Source: Lama glama
Lineage: Eukaryota
Length of the DNA stretch: 64,000 bases
NCBI GenBank assembly: GCA_028534125.1
Contig: CM052816.1
Span: 35,962,001 to 36,026,000 of the forward strand
Direction of reading: 5' to 3'
Part shown: piece after piece, positions 25,241 to 38,513 of the stretch
Layout of the letters: every line of letters begins with the position of its first letter
Numbering within the stretch: position 1 is the first letter of the stretch
Position numbers and translations under genes: made by a program
Notes under the pieces: model-generated
Told to the model about the DNA's origin: nothing
What the model saw: only the letters and a program-made list of their open reading frames with translations
The model's database searches: none

Positions 25241-27284
25241 TGAGATTAATAAATGTAATTCAGAAGTGCAATTTGTGTATCACACACGCATATATGCCTA
25301 ATCTGCATTAACAGTATGAATTTAATTAAAAACTGTGAGCTCACATGCTAATACTTTTTTATAAATTTAATTATTTACTACAATTGAAATTCTCTTAAGA
25401 ATATGAAGCAACTATCCAAAAAGTTATTAAAGATGTAAGGTGGCATGACTACAAGCAAAGACAGATGAATACAGGTGAAACCCTGTATCCCTTCTGCCCG
25501 TCTGCTGATTTTCTGCTGGTTCACCATAGGCCTGAAAGAATACCAAGTAAAGTTACCTCTCCTTGGGCTTTATTATGCGGTCCAGCAGTATCTGCTGTAT
25601 AAAAACCCACTTGAGTTTTCAGTAAAGCAAATAATTTCAAAGTTCTCTATCTTCAGTATATTGTCAATATCATTAGAGCTGCAATTAGTTAAGTGTATGT
25701 TAATGAAGTGATAGTAGTTGATGTGTTATGAAGTGAATAGTAGATGGTGTGTAAATAATATGGAATGCCCTTTGTTTTTCACCTACCTTAAAAATGCAAC
25801 AGTGGCTTAAGGTACTTAGACACTAGCCTTTTCTGAGGTACTTTCTGCTCTGTTGTGACTCATTCAGCCCCTGTTCTGGGCCTTTTTCCTGTGATCAGGC
25901 AAGCAGTAGTGTTTTGCTGTTATTAATATTCCTTCCCACCTATTGAGTCATTGTTCCTACTGGGACAGCTGGGTTCCAAGAACGGCCTTTATGTGAGCTC
26001 CAGTGAATTTTGTGCCCACAAATCTTGTCTGCCAGGAACATAGGTGAGTAACTTCAAGTTGAAGAGTCACTCATTGTAATTTTAAGTTAGAGTGTGCATG
26101 GCTCAGTGACTTCATCTACAGTAAAGATTGGCTGGGCAGAAAGAGGTTAAATACTATTATTTTGGTTGATTAACTACATGAATTACAAAACAGAAGAACC
26201 CAACAGATTGACTTTAAAGATCCATACTACTGGCATTAAAGAAGAACCTTTTAATTACTATCTCGCACCACCTTAAAGATACTCAGAAACAAACCTGTTA
26301 CTTTAAATTGCCGCACAATTTAATTATTTTCTATTAGAAGAGTGAAAGGAATTGGAAGAAAGGAGATATATCTGCTCTTGTTAATTGCAAATGGTAATCT
26401 ACAGTTCGCTTCTGCTCCCTGCCATTCTTCCCCACCAACGAAGTGTGAAAGTACCCATGCCTCGCTCATCTGCATAAGGAGAAGGAAACTCTCATTTGTT
26501 ATTACAAAGGGATTTATTTCAATAAAGAAATAAAGTGAAGGGATGGCAGATAAGTGCACTTTTAAACCTTCTGAGCATTACTGAAAGGGTGGAGACCTTG
26601 GGTCCTGAAGATGATCTCTGTATTCTGCTAATGACAGAGCCTCTTGGTCAGATGGATATTGTGCCTGGAGCCATGATAATCCTCTGTTTTTGGCACTTTG
26701 TTGCTTTTTAGCAGGCAGGAGACACAAACTCATTGCTGATTCTTTTGCTGTCCACCTGCTGGCCCCCTTGTGGTCCAGAACTTTTGAGTGATGTACCTTT
26801 TTGGGTATTTGTACCAAGGGCCAGGCACATTGGTGAGCAGTGTGCCTGCTGCAAAGCAGTGGGACAGCCTTATACGTAGCTTAGATTTTTTGCATTTAAA
26901 CAAATGGAAAACAGACAAATTGAATATCTGAGACTATTCATAAAAATAAAAGGAAATACAAATTTCCAGTTTTCATAACTGACATACCATGGTCACTTCC
27001 CAACTCTAGATAATGCTAAGATAGCTACCCTCCCGAGGGGTCTGGTATATGTAAAATGTATCAGAAGTAAAGGTAAGAACAAACCAAAGAGAGGGCAATA
27101 TTTTACAGGCTGTGGAAAGACTTGCCATTGTTGATTTTTTTTTTAAACAGTAGTAATGGAGCTTAGTAACATTAACTTGGTAAATTAAGCCATTTTGTCT
27201 CTTTTCTTCATTTGTCTTGTGGAATCTGTATCAGTGGAAGTTAAATGGTTTTTAAATTGGATGCATCCTGTTTAGGTATTGGAA

Positions 27285-27600
27285 ATACCCTTCTGTTTGT
27301 TAACAAGACAAGGTCCCTGCTTTATTTTGAGTCAGGAAACAGACAGCCTTCAAATAAATGAATAAACAAGAGAAGTGGAGATGGTGGTGATGTGAATTAA
27401 TAAGGTAACTAAAAATCAGAGATGTGATAGAAAAGAAGAGGTGGAAGAAAGCTGCTAAAATGGCTTGGGTGGTCAGTGAAGGTGGTGACTCTTAGGTAGT
27501 GACATTTGAACTGAGATCAGAAAAATGAGAGCCAGGGGACATAGGTTTTAGTGGCTTTGGGGAGCATAGAGTCCTGGGTGACCTGTGGATGTTTCAAAGA
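27285..27600 (-). mobile_element. L2 fragment
   Basis: 'aacaagacaaggtccctgc...aaataaatgaataaacaag...ggtggtcagtgaagg...gtgacatttgaactgaga'. Confidence 0.75.
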
Positions 27601-30600
27601 TGTGCTTACATCCCCGTAAGAATTCGGTGGTGGACTGTAAAGTGCATGCATATGTGTCTTGGAGATACACATACCATTGTTTTTCAACCAAATATACATG
27701 CTATTGGGATTAGTAAAATACAAATTCATATAAAAATACTATTGCAGTTATAGTAGTGTTTGTCGTTTTGCATTTTTTTAGGGTTCGGATAAAAGAAATA
27801 CAACTACTTGCATGTAGGAGTTTTCATTCTTGAAAAGATTAGGACCCACAGCTATATGATGATTATTGATAGCTACATTTCTGCTGCATGAACTCTTCCA
27901 TCAGAATAAGGGAGAATAAACTAATATGTAGGTCTAATGATAAAATGGCTCATGTTCGTTTTCCACTTCGATTCAAATTGTATTACATTTATCTGATAAT
28001 TAATATTTATGAACCAAATTTAAGAGAATGGAAGCGTGGAAAACAGAAGGGGTATTTTATTCAATATGATTCATTTAAATATTGTGTATGATTATATGAC
28101 CAGGATATGAATAATTAGTAACTACCCTGAACTATTGCTGTAAAGATAGTTTGTTAAAAGAAACAGCAAGAACATCTTGATCCATAGTCATTATCAAGTC
28201 ACTCTGCCTTAAGCCGACCTAAATGGTAGCTAGCAGACAGTAACATGGTCTCACACATTCCCAAAAACTTTCTAGTTACAGTTTGAAGGTTAGGTTTTCT
28301 TGTACTTCAGCTGTTCAGAAGAGAAGCTTAAGGTGGCAGAATTATTCAGTTCTGTGAAACAAACACTGAGTTCTTAAACTCAATAGGAGTTTTGATCTGC
28401 CTGCTAGGTAAAAAGAACAGTTGATCTGAACACAGGTAACAGCAGATGCTCAGTATTTTGTCCCTATTATCTTGAGAAGACTGTCATCTTGAGTATGCCA
28501 AAAGTAGCCACATAGCTGAAACCTTAAAACTTACCGTGCCTGTGTGCTTTTTCATACATGTTCAGATTTAAAGTACTTTGATTTCATACCTGAGACGCTT
28601 TTATTATTTTTATTTTCTTTAGTAATTGGTTTCTTGAGTTCTTTATTAAGAGGGCTTTCTTGTATTAAGAAGAAACCTTGCCCTTTTCTCACTCTCCTTG
28701 ATTTGCTGCATTTGTAATGCTTTTAGTGATGTTTAGTGAGGCAGACGTGGTATGCAGACGGACTCCACCAGCAAGCAGAGCAGGAGAAGGCCTGGCGTAC
28801 AGTGCAGGAGAACAGCCTTTGTTATCCCAGAGTGACATGGTGATTTATGAAGTGTCAAACCCTTTTGCCTTTGAAGAATTCCGGCCTTCACATCTGTCTT
28901 GTGTGTTTATTTCAGTTGTCCCAGTGACACACTGTCGCTGTAAGCCCTGGATTGATTCTGTGGACCTTGTGGCAAATGAATGGAGGGTCCTTTCCCCCTT
29001 TCCAAGAAAAGACACAAAACTGTGAATGAGGAATCAGGAGAGGAGCGGAAGTCAAGTCACTGTGCTGTGTCACTGCCGCCCGCACGTCACACTTCACACC
29101 TTACACCTCAACACGGCCGGGCCGTGCTCACTGTTCAGAGGCAGACGAAGCTTTCCTTCAGAGGCCAAATTTCAGTCTTGACTGCCTCAGAATGAAGATG
29201 CTTTAACAACCCTCTCTTAAAAATAACTGTATTTTTCAAATGAAAATATTCAAACACATTCCACCTTAGCCATGTGGCATTTTTTTTAAAACTTGAATTG
29301 TCTTTGGAATACCTGATCTATGGCTTGCTTACGGTGTTTGTTTAAATGTCTGATTTTGTATTTTTTCTGCTGTGTGTGTTTTTTAAGGAAAGCATGTCTC
29401 TCAGTACCCCCAAGAACACTTTTTTTAAAAAATTTAATTTTGGAAGAGACAACAGTCTTTTAAAAATCTGTGTATTTTTCCCTTAGAACTTTGACACTGG
29501 GCATGTCTGTTTATTGTTTCAATATTATATGAAACTCCGAACAGGGCTTTCTACAGGATGAAGTGGATTAAGTGAGGAGTTTTCCAAAAGGATTAAGCTA
29601 GGAAAAACCTGGTGTGACCTTGTCAAGACAAGATTAGTTTTATTCCTTTTCCTCAAAGAATGGCTTGTGTTTTCAGATGAAGGAGTACAAATTGACCAAA
29701 TTTCCAATTTGGTAAAAATCTACATGTTAGCATGTATACTCAGGTAATTTTAATTGATGATCTATGATATAGAATCAGCAATTGGACCATGATTTTGCTC
29801 ACCAGGCTTGAGTTTTAGATTGAGAATTTTTTGATGGCTAAAAATTTGCATGGGCAGCAGCTGATAAGTGGTCTCTTTAATAAATGGAAGTCTAGCACAG
29901 AGACAGGAAAACACAAGTTCTTAGAGCAGCTGTCTTTGTGTACCCCAAAGAGTGATATCTTCCTTGGCTGAAGTCATATTCATTAAATTAATTTAATAAT
30001 GTATCCCGAAAATAGATTTATTCTCTGTAACCACATATCCCTAACATCATTGTATCAAATGAAACAGGCTGGGTGTTCTTGTTAAATCTGAGTCACAGGG
30101 ATCTTCAAGTGTAAGACTTGAATAATTAACACAGTTCCTCTAATGACTAGAAATCTAGGAAATACTTTTCACTGAGTCTCTAGGAATTCAAGTATGACAG
30201 GGAGAAAGAGTTAAGTTTGGCTTTGAGGTTTAAAGCTGTGTTTTGTTTGTTTGTTTGTTTGTTTGCCTCTGAGACATGCCTAATGAAAATAACACTGCCA
30301 TACGTTATAGAAACCAGTGTTGCTTTTCCAAAACGACTAGAGCTTCAGCAGTACAGAAGGATGCTTTTGGGTTCTGGGGTTACTGAAGTGTACCTAATGG
30401 AAATGGCTACAGGGGGCCTTGCCTTTGGCAAGGGAAGATCCTTGCCCTGGGAATTTTTAGTTTTCTTTTTTTGGCATGGTGTACCTCGGCTTCCCAATGG
30501 GTACTGATTGACTGGGAATGTGATTTGCAATCCTTGAACATCCGTCCGCCCACCAGTCCCCCAGGCTTTGCCTGTTACATTGTTCTCCATAGTCCCTGCC

Positions 30601-31499
30601 CTTCTATTAAGCGTGGTCAGGACTCTCAAGAGATGTGTGTGCATTATCAACCCTCCTGCCAACACCAAGATCCTGTCAATCACAGTGACCTCTGGGGGCC
30701 TCCAGCAAGCCTGGTAAACAAGGGACCAATGTCTGCAGTAGCTTTTTTTTTTTTGGAGTGGGGCTTTCTAATTACCCAGTTGTGTATGCAAACACTGAAG
30801 GCACATTGGGCGCATCAAGTGGGTCTCTGCTTTTATTAGGAAACTCTTTTGTTTTCTAAATAGAATATGTCAAACATATTCCTTCCTTTTTAGGCAGTTA
30901 ACCTTTCATCTCTCCTGTAGCAGAAATTCCAGTCTCTGGGGCTCACTAATTTTGTATCTGAAATATTCTAAAGTAGAAGGAAAGTGCTGTTTATAGTGCC
31001 TTTATTAAAAAGCTTTTAATTGTCTTCTGTTGCTGCGTATATAGCTTGGATCCCTGCTGAGTATACTTCACTGCATGAGAAAAATACAATATTTTTAAAA
31101 GGCACACCAATAAACTCAACCTAATTCCACTTTGACCCTGACAATTGAGTAGACAAAGTTCTTTTATAATGTTCTTTCTTACTAAATTATAATGAAAATA
31201 TGAATTCAGTAGATCTTTAGGAATGTGTTTCTAAGTGATCTCCATCCTCTTATTTTTGAAAAAAATCTTTTTATGTAGCTCACTCAGTTTTTTCTTCACA
31301 CGTTATCACATACGTTTCAATAATATAGCAGTGCCACTTATAATATGACTTGTCGCAGAAAATGATTCAGACGTAATGCAGTTTGATTCACAGGTAAGGC
31401 ATGCTTCCCAACTTTTCTCCTATCTTGGCATACACAGAAGACTATTTCTAGTTCATACAGAGAGGGGCTAAAGGGATAACGATCCCAGCAAACACTGCA

Positions 31500-31700
31500 G
31501 GAAGTGTTTGACACTTGAAACGTTTCTCCAAATACTGAAGTGAGTATTAACAGCAACCCTGTGGGGTAGGTACTATAATTATTTCTGTTTATGGACAGGG
31601 AAATGAAAGCACAGGGAGCCTTGAAATCACGGAGCCAGTAAGTGGTCTACCCTCTTTTGACCCAGGTAGTTCATGCTGTTACCTGTGTTGTACTTGACAC
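31500..31700 (-). mobile_element. MIR SINE
   Basis: 'acagcaaccctgtggggtaggtactataattatttctgtttatggacagggaaatgaaagcacag'. Confidence 0.8.
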
Positions 31701-31857
31701 CCTTGTCATCCTCTGGTGGCCCATCATGAATGCACAGGATTGGGGAAGAGAACAGAGCCATAATTTGCAAGGTGAACGCTGAGGTTGCATCATTTCCTTG
31801 TAATTGCTTCCCCCTCCACCATCATAGTTTATAACCTTTTATAGATACTAGACTTTC

Positions 31858-32194
31858 TTCTCTCTCACTCTTTTCTTAAATCAGTTTTACTGAGATGTAG
31901 TTTACATACCATAAAATTCAAGGGGTTTAAATGTGTAATTCAATGAATTTTAGCGTATTTACAGTCATGCAATCTAATCACCACAATCTAATTCTGTAAC
32001 ATTTCCATCATCCTAATAAGTTTTGTGCCTATTTACAGCCATTCCCCCATTCCCACCACAGCCCTGGGCAGCCTCTCATCTACTTCTGTTGCTAGACACT
32101 TGCCCCTTTGTAGGCATTTCATATTAATGGATCCGTCCAATACATGATATTTTATGTCTGACTTCTTTCACTCAGCATAATGATTTTGAGGTTC
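31858..32194 (-). mobile_element. L1MB-like 3' end with degenerate 16-bp TSD
   Basis: 'ttttactgagatgtagtttacataccataaaattca...cttctttcactcagcataatg..tttgaggttc'. Flanks tagatactagactttc (31842) / tagatcctggaatttc (32195), 13/16 identical. Confidence 0.88.
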
Positions 32195-32660
32195 TAGATC
32201 CTGGAATTTCATGTAAGACGTTTCATTATTTGCAGACCGCTTTCAGATGTCTTCTAAACCTGCTACCATGGAAGTGGAGTGTTGGTTTTACTGACTCACT
32301 GCTGGGGTTCGTAGCTGTCACAGCAGGTTCAGGTGGCTCTGCTGGAGCCCGAGGAGTTTATCACTGAGGGGAAACATCTTCGTCATCGAGCCTCCCACAG
32401 AGTCAAGGGCTTAGATGTGGGCTTCATGCTACTTAAAGCATCCTTTTATTGACAGCTGCATATGTACTGGAAAATAGGCAGTTTGAGAGGAACAAAAGTT
32501 GTCAATACCATGAAGGAAGGAAACTGAGGTGGTTATTTCTTATGTTAAAAGTTAAAACATTGGTCTTAATAGATTAGCAGATCAGCAGGTTTTGTGGGGA
32601 TTGGGGGTGGGAATTATGTAGACACAGGCTGAATCATTCTATTTCTAGAGGTTTTCCTGT

Positions 32661-32851
32661 TTGACTTTTAAGGATTCTCAGAAATCCCAGCTGCTTAGAA
32701 AAACAAAACTCTACAATGTATAGGACTATGATCCTTTGACTTGTAAGGATAAGTAGCACAACATCAAGGGTAATTAAACAAATGGATGATGTAACAATCT
32801 GTATAGTGAACTCAGCTTTGTACATTTTAAAAATGACTTTGCCATGATTTT
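32661..32851 (+). repeat. Dispersed direct repeat, copy 1 (~190 bp)
   Basis: Aligns to 33486-33676 with two 1-nt indels. 27-bp identical core. Confidence 0.93.
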
Positions 32852-33139
32852 CAGTTGCCTGGGTGTGGATTTTCTTCTATACAGCAGATCTCATGGAGAG
32901 AGAGATACCTTTAGGGCATGAGCCATGAGAAGGAGCAGTAGGATGAGGTTATGAGATTAGGAAGTACCCAGAGTTCTATATTATAATTCATTGATTTGAT
33001 TTGTGGAGCCCAGGCCTTGAGTAGATAAAATAGAGCACTTTGAAAGCTACTGCCCAAGCCTGGCTCTGATTTGGAAAGTGAAATCACATTTGAGACTGTG
33101 TATCATTTGGGAAGACGCCCTCGTCAAGAAATAGTAAAT

Positions 33140-33480
33140 TTCCATTCAAAAAAAATGGAACTTACTGAACCTTGTTGTAAGTCAGGCACTGTCCTAAGTG
33201 CTGGGGACAGAGCCATAAGCTGGTGTCAGTGCTGTAAAGCAGGGCGAGCTAAGGGGGTGAGGGGTGTGGGGATGTCATGGTAAGCTCATCTTTCATGCAG
33301 AGGTGAGATGGGAGGAGAAGCCCGGGAAGTGTAGGTGTAAGTCAGCCAGGGTGGTGTCTGGGGGGACACAGGCCAGAGCGTGTTCCTGGCGTGGCTGGAG
33401 TGACACAGCTATGAGGGGACAGAAGGAGATTATCAGAGGTGGAAGGAAGGGCCCAGGGAGGCTGGTCAGGTAAGGCCTCC
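33140..33480 (-). mobile_element. L2 3' fragment
   Basis: 'cattcaaaa...ttactgaaccttgttgtaagtcaggcactgtcctaagtgctggggacagagc...gtggctggag'. Confidence 0.75.
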
Positions 33481-33485
33481 TACCA

Positions 33486-33676
33486 TTGACATTTGCAAAT
33501 TCTCCCAGGTCCTAGCTGCCTAAAAAAAACAAAACTCTACGATGTCTTGGACAGTGGTGGTTTGAATTATAAGGATAAGTAATACCATGTCAAGGGTAAT
33601 TAAACAAATGGATGATATAGGAATCTGTATTGTGAAATCAGCTTTGTTCATTTAGAAATAGCTTTGCCATGATTTT
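33486..33676 (+). repeat. Dispersed direct repeat, copy 2 (~190 bp)
   Basis: Aligns to 32661-32851. Confidence 0.93.
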
Positions 33677-36600
33677 ACTCTCTGAGGGAGGCAGGAATTC
33701 ACTGGAGGGTTCTGAGCATCGGTTTCTCCCCCCTCTGAAGCATTTGGGTTTGGAGTTTGTTTTGCTTGACAATAAAAGTGTTGGCGCCTTCCTATTTTTC
33801 GGGTCACCATTAGCTGTGGCACTCACTGACAGTTCCCTTCTCATGGAAACATAAATTTGCCCTTTCACGTCTGCTTCATCAGGTCTCTCTTTCAGCTTCG
33901 AGAGTTTGGATTAGAACAAGCATTTCACAAATGACTCTCATTCCAGGTGGGCTGATGTGATCTTGGCCTACCCCAGGGAGGGGAAGTCACTTCACCTGAA
34001 ACAGTAACCTTTCCTCAATCTGCACAGTCTTCTAGGAGCAGAAAAACCATGCAAATACTTTCTGATTGTGTATTTGGAATTTTCTTTAAGACGGAGCTCT
34101 GCTGAATTCCCGAGTGAATGCTTCAATCTGTATTTAGTCTGAAATTCTGAGCAAAGATGAAACCTCCCTTGATAGGGGCCCTGGTCTCTTTCACTCTGGG
34201 AAATCAAAGGTGTTCATAAGTTGGTGCCAGCAGGGAAGGGAAGGGTGATGAGGGTCTTCTGAGGTGGCAAGGCACATAGCTAAATTTGGGGACGGAGATG
34301 TCATTTTAGCATGGCAGACACAGCAAAAAAAAAAAAAAAAGGAATGTGCTTAATTTTGTTCTTTTTGTTAAGGCAATGTGAGGTTTGTTTTTTTCTCTCG
34401 CCATGGTCCTGTTTTTGTGTTCAGCACAGATGTTCAGGAAATGAATTCCAGCGCCAGCACCTGTGCGACACTGACCCAGGTCTGCTTTGCAACATCCTCT
34501 TCTCTCACTGTACCTCACAGATCAGCTCACATGTGACACTTACTCCCACTCCCCTCTGCGCATCCACCCAGAGTTAGCCACCCGGCATTTCTGTCCCTCC
34601 ATCTGAGTTTTTGGACTTAATGCAAAAATGATACGGGGCCTGGTATCTCAGTGGTAAGTCTATTTTAACAGACAGGTACCGCCAGCCTCTCCATTTAGAA
34701 GCATCATACGACTCCATGAGTGCAGTTTTGCAGGCTTGTAAGAAGCTGGTGCCCCACTGCACCCTTCATGTAGAATAAGTAAATGAGCGGTTGATTTCAG
34801 TGGGGTGGCAGTGTCCTATTTTTAGAATATCATGTTTTCATCCAGGGCCGTTCACATAGTTCTCATTGTAAAACTCTAACATCTGTCCAGCATACAGCTT
34901 CAGACATCTGGCTTCCACTTGCTATACAACAGGGACACTTGGACTCATGTCCCCATTTTTACAATGGAACAGTACCTGTTTCTGGATTACTCTGAAGGGG
35001 GAGGTTAGCAAATGATACAAAAGCATACTGGGAACAAAACCCACAGAATCAACATGCTCATCACATTTTATTGCTCATTGAGCTCCCAAGTTAAGTGTTT
35101 CCTTGTAAATCTCAACAGGCATTTTCTTTTGATCAAGCTTATGGTTCTGTCTCTTCTCTTAGCTCTGGAGGGTGCTAAGCTGCCTCTCTGGAAAAAGCCT
35201 TCTCTCTTTTTCTTGGTCTCGAATTTATGACTATGTTTAGGTTTACACATAGCAGCTGGACCTCACGGCTGAGGCATTTGTACTGCAGAGGTGGGGACCC
35301 AAGGCAGGGAGCAGGTGGGGAGCACACATCACCCAGGATGATGGGGTGAGTGCCCCCAGCCAGAGCCCTGACTCCCTCCAGACGACAACATACACAAACA
35401 CCTACGAGAAGGGGTCAGAGCACCTAGAAACAGAACAGCCCAGAGAGAGACTTAATTAAACTCACTTGGCAACTTCTTCACCAAAGAGCATAGACTTAAA
35501 TCCACAGTTGATCTTCTCTACAGCAATTTTAAGTCTTCACAGAGCTTCACCCTTATTTTTGTGACTTTTTCTTGGTAAGCAATCCATGTGGAGGTAGTTC
35601 AGAATGAGCAACCTGAGGTGCAAAAGAACTTAAGTGATTTTACTCAGAAAAAAAGTGGTTGGCAAGGTTACCTTTGAATGCAGAACAGTGTTATTGGTAA
35701 TTACTGCCCGATGGAGCTGGCCCCCTAGAGTTAAGGTCCTGAATATACTTCTGTGAAAATGCCACAGTATTTGTGTTGCTCTGGCAAAATTTTATCTCAC
35801 GGCTCTATTTTAATGGCAGTAATCACTGAAAATCCACACAATGTCCTCAGCTTCCTAACCTGGGAGAGCTTTTTCAGCTTTGGGCCTTCTGTGGCTCTAT
35901 AATAAGAGCCTGTAGCTTCTAGAGAAGATAGAAAACACATCAGAGCATTGACTTCAGAGTATGTGAAGAAACCAGGTCCTCCCCCCCCCCGCCCCTCAGC
36001 TTGCAAATCGGTTGCTTCTACCTAGACTGTTGGAGCAATTTACACCCTACTGAGGAGCCTGCGTGGGGTTCTTTAACCACAGAGCGTGGATTGATTGACA
36101 GCCCCTGTCTTCAGCTTCAACAGAGATGGAGTGAGCGCTTATACAGACTCAGTGGGGTGGGACTTCCCGTTGAATGCCGCTTTATGTCTTTTCAGCCAAA
36201 TGCCATTTACGTCTGCCCACCATTTGAAATCTCCTTTGACTTTCTACTTCTTACAAAAGGAAGTAAAACAGCAGCCATAGATAGCATCATGGCATTTCCT
36301 TCGTTTTCCCAAAATGCACCTTTTGGGTGTTTTGTGCACCAGATCTTAAGGAAAGTGGGTCTTTTCAAATGAAAATTTTGTGAAATCTTACTATGATGTA
36401 AGCTAATGAAAATTTGGGGCAGTGTACTGTGAGTGGATGGGGGCTATAATTGCTTCTTTGCCCTTTGAACAAACCACATCTGCATATAACATGTTCATGA
36501 GCCACGTTAAATTAGTCAGTTTGGCTTTTTTTTTTAAGAGAGAAGTAAATGTGTGCATTGATGGACAATGACTGTTTTGTGAGTTTTTAAATGGACAGTT

Positions 36601-37469
36601 TTGATGTTAAATAGGCAGTTGTGGTGAGGATGAATTTAGAGCTGTGCTATCAGACAGTTTAAGGTAATTTACGGATTTCAATTTAAAGGAATTTTTTACT
36701 TTTCTGTCTGAAGTTGGTATGTAGCATTTTATGGACAGCTGGGCATAGAAATCACTCCAGCAAAATACAGTGTACATCTAAAGCAAACGTATTTTGCAAG
36801 AGGGAGTATACCATTTACTTTAAGAAATAAATGTTCAAAAACATCTTGATCTCAACATCACTTTTTCAAACTGTGTGGGAGGATTAAGTCCAGGCATGCA
36901 ATTATGTTGAAATAATTATGTAACCGTTGTGATGACCATCTCACCTATATGGTTGAGTTTACCAGTTAGGTTTGTGTCTGAGAAAATTCTAAATCAAGAA
37001 TAGATTTCTGATCCTGACAAATTCCTGACTGGGATGGTTCATCAGGATCCTAGTCTTTCTAAGTAGTTTTGGACAACCTAATCACAACTTTTTTTGACAT
37101 TAAAAAAGAAGTTAAAGCCTGCATTCCAGGAGGTTTATGAGAAATGATTGGGCAATTCAGCTGGTTTTCAACGCCTATTCAAGATATCCATGTAGTTTTG
37201 AAATCATGATGTCTCATTTTTCTAAACCCTGACTCGGTCTTTGCAATTTATTTATTCATCCGTTTATTTGAGAAAATTTATTAAGCATTTACTTGTCATT
37301 AACATTTAATCATTTCTGACAGCTACCATTTAAAATGTTGACATCGTAGCATACAGTGAAATGGTGATCATGTAGCATATTGTTAATAACTAATGGTTCA
37401 CCATTACCATGAATTATTTAATCATTATCCGTTTATATTTTGCATGCCTATTATGTGTCATTCAGTACA

Positions 37470-37575
37470 ATACACAAATATTTATTGAGCATCTACTATG
37501 TGTCAAGAATTCTTCTGGGTTCTAGGGACATAGCAATGAACGTAACAGGCAAAAACTTCTGCCCTTGTGAAGATA
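37470..37575 (-). mobile_element. L2 3' end
   Basis: 'acaaatatttattgagcatctactatgtgtcaag...ctagggacatagcaatgaac...cttctgcccttgtg'. Confidence 0.88.
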
Positions 37576-38513
37576 GGCTAGCATTTCTCAAATACACTTT
37601 AAAATCATTCTGACATATATAATTGTGTTTTTAATGAATGTAGAAAAAGTTGGTACCGTGTTGATTCTTTTAGCTGAAAAAAACTAGTAGTTGTATCAAA
37701 GGGTCTGAAAGGTCTACCTGAAGACTTCTAGTCTTATACTTTAAAGGAATGTAAGAATATTTTAGGCAAAATTGCAATGAAGTTAAGATGTTATGAGTCA
37801 ACATTGTTATGTAAGTGACACAAATTCTCATTAGCTCCAGAGCAAAGCCATTCTATAAACAAATTTATAAGGTAGTGCTTTGTCCAAAAACAACTTGAAA
37901 AATTGAAGTTTTCTCCTAGATAATTTAGACTGTAATACCCAAAGTAAGTAATTGAGAAAGTATAAGTATCAGAATAATATGGCATACAGTAAAGAAATAC
38001 TGCGAAAAATAAGTGTATGAATGATTAAATGAAATGTTTTAAGTAGTAGATAAGTCTAATTCCTGATGGCACTGGACATGAGAAAACGAGTTAGATTATT
38101 AAAATTAAATATTGAAACACCTTTAATTGAAATTAACTTCTAGAACTTTTTTCTCAGTGTAAAAACAGAATTATTCAGTGTTATACATATTTGTATTACT
38201 AGCTTGTTGTATACTGTTTTCTGTGTGAAAATAATACTGGTTCTAGCTTGAGTTACCTTTAATTTTAAGAAGAATCTACTTGTTATAGGTGTATATCTCA
38301 GTGACCAAAGATGATTAGAAAATGGCAGAATTGACCTTGATCTTTCAACTCTTGCCAGTTTGACAACATGAAGCCATTCCGAAAGTTTGTCTACAGTTCA
38401 TGTATTTAAGGTTGGCATAATAGAGGTGAAGACCACATTTATATTTTAAAAGCAGAATAAGTTGAAGAAACTCTGCAGCATAAGACATAAATGAAAATAG
38501 TGTCTGTTCATAC

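Noticed and set aside
28717..29025. 102-aa ATG ORF in a mildly GC-rich tract
   Set aside because: No recognisable homology, weak start context and no supporting exon structure.
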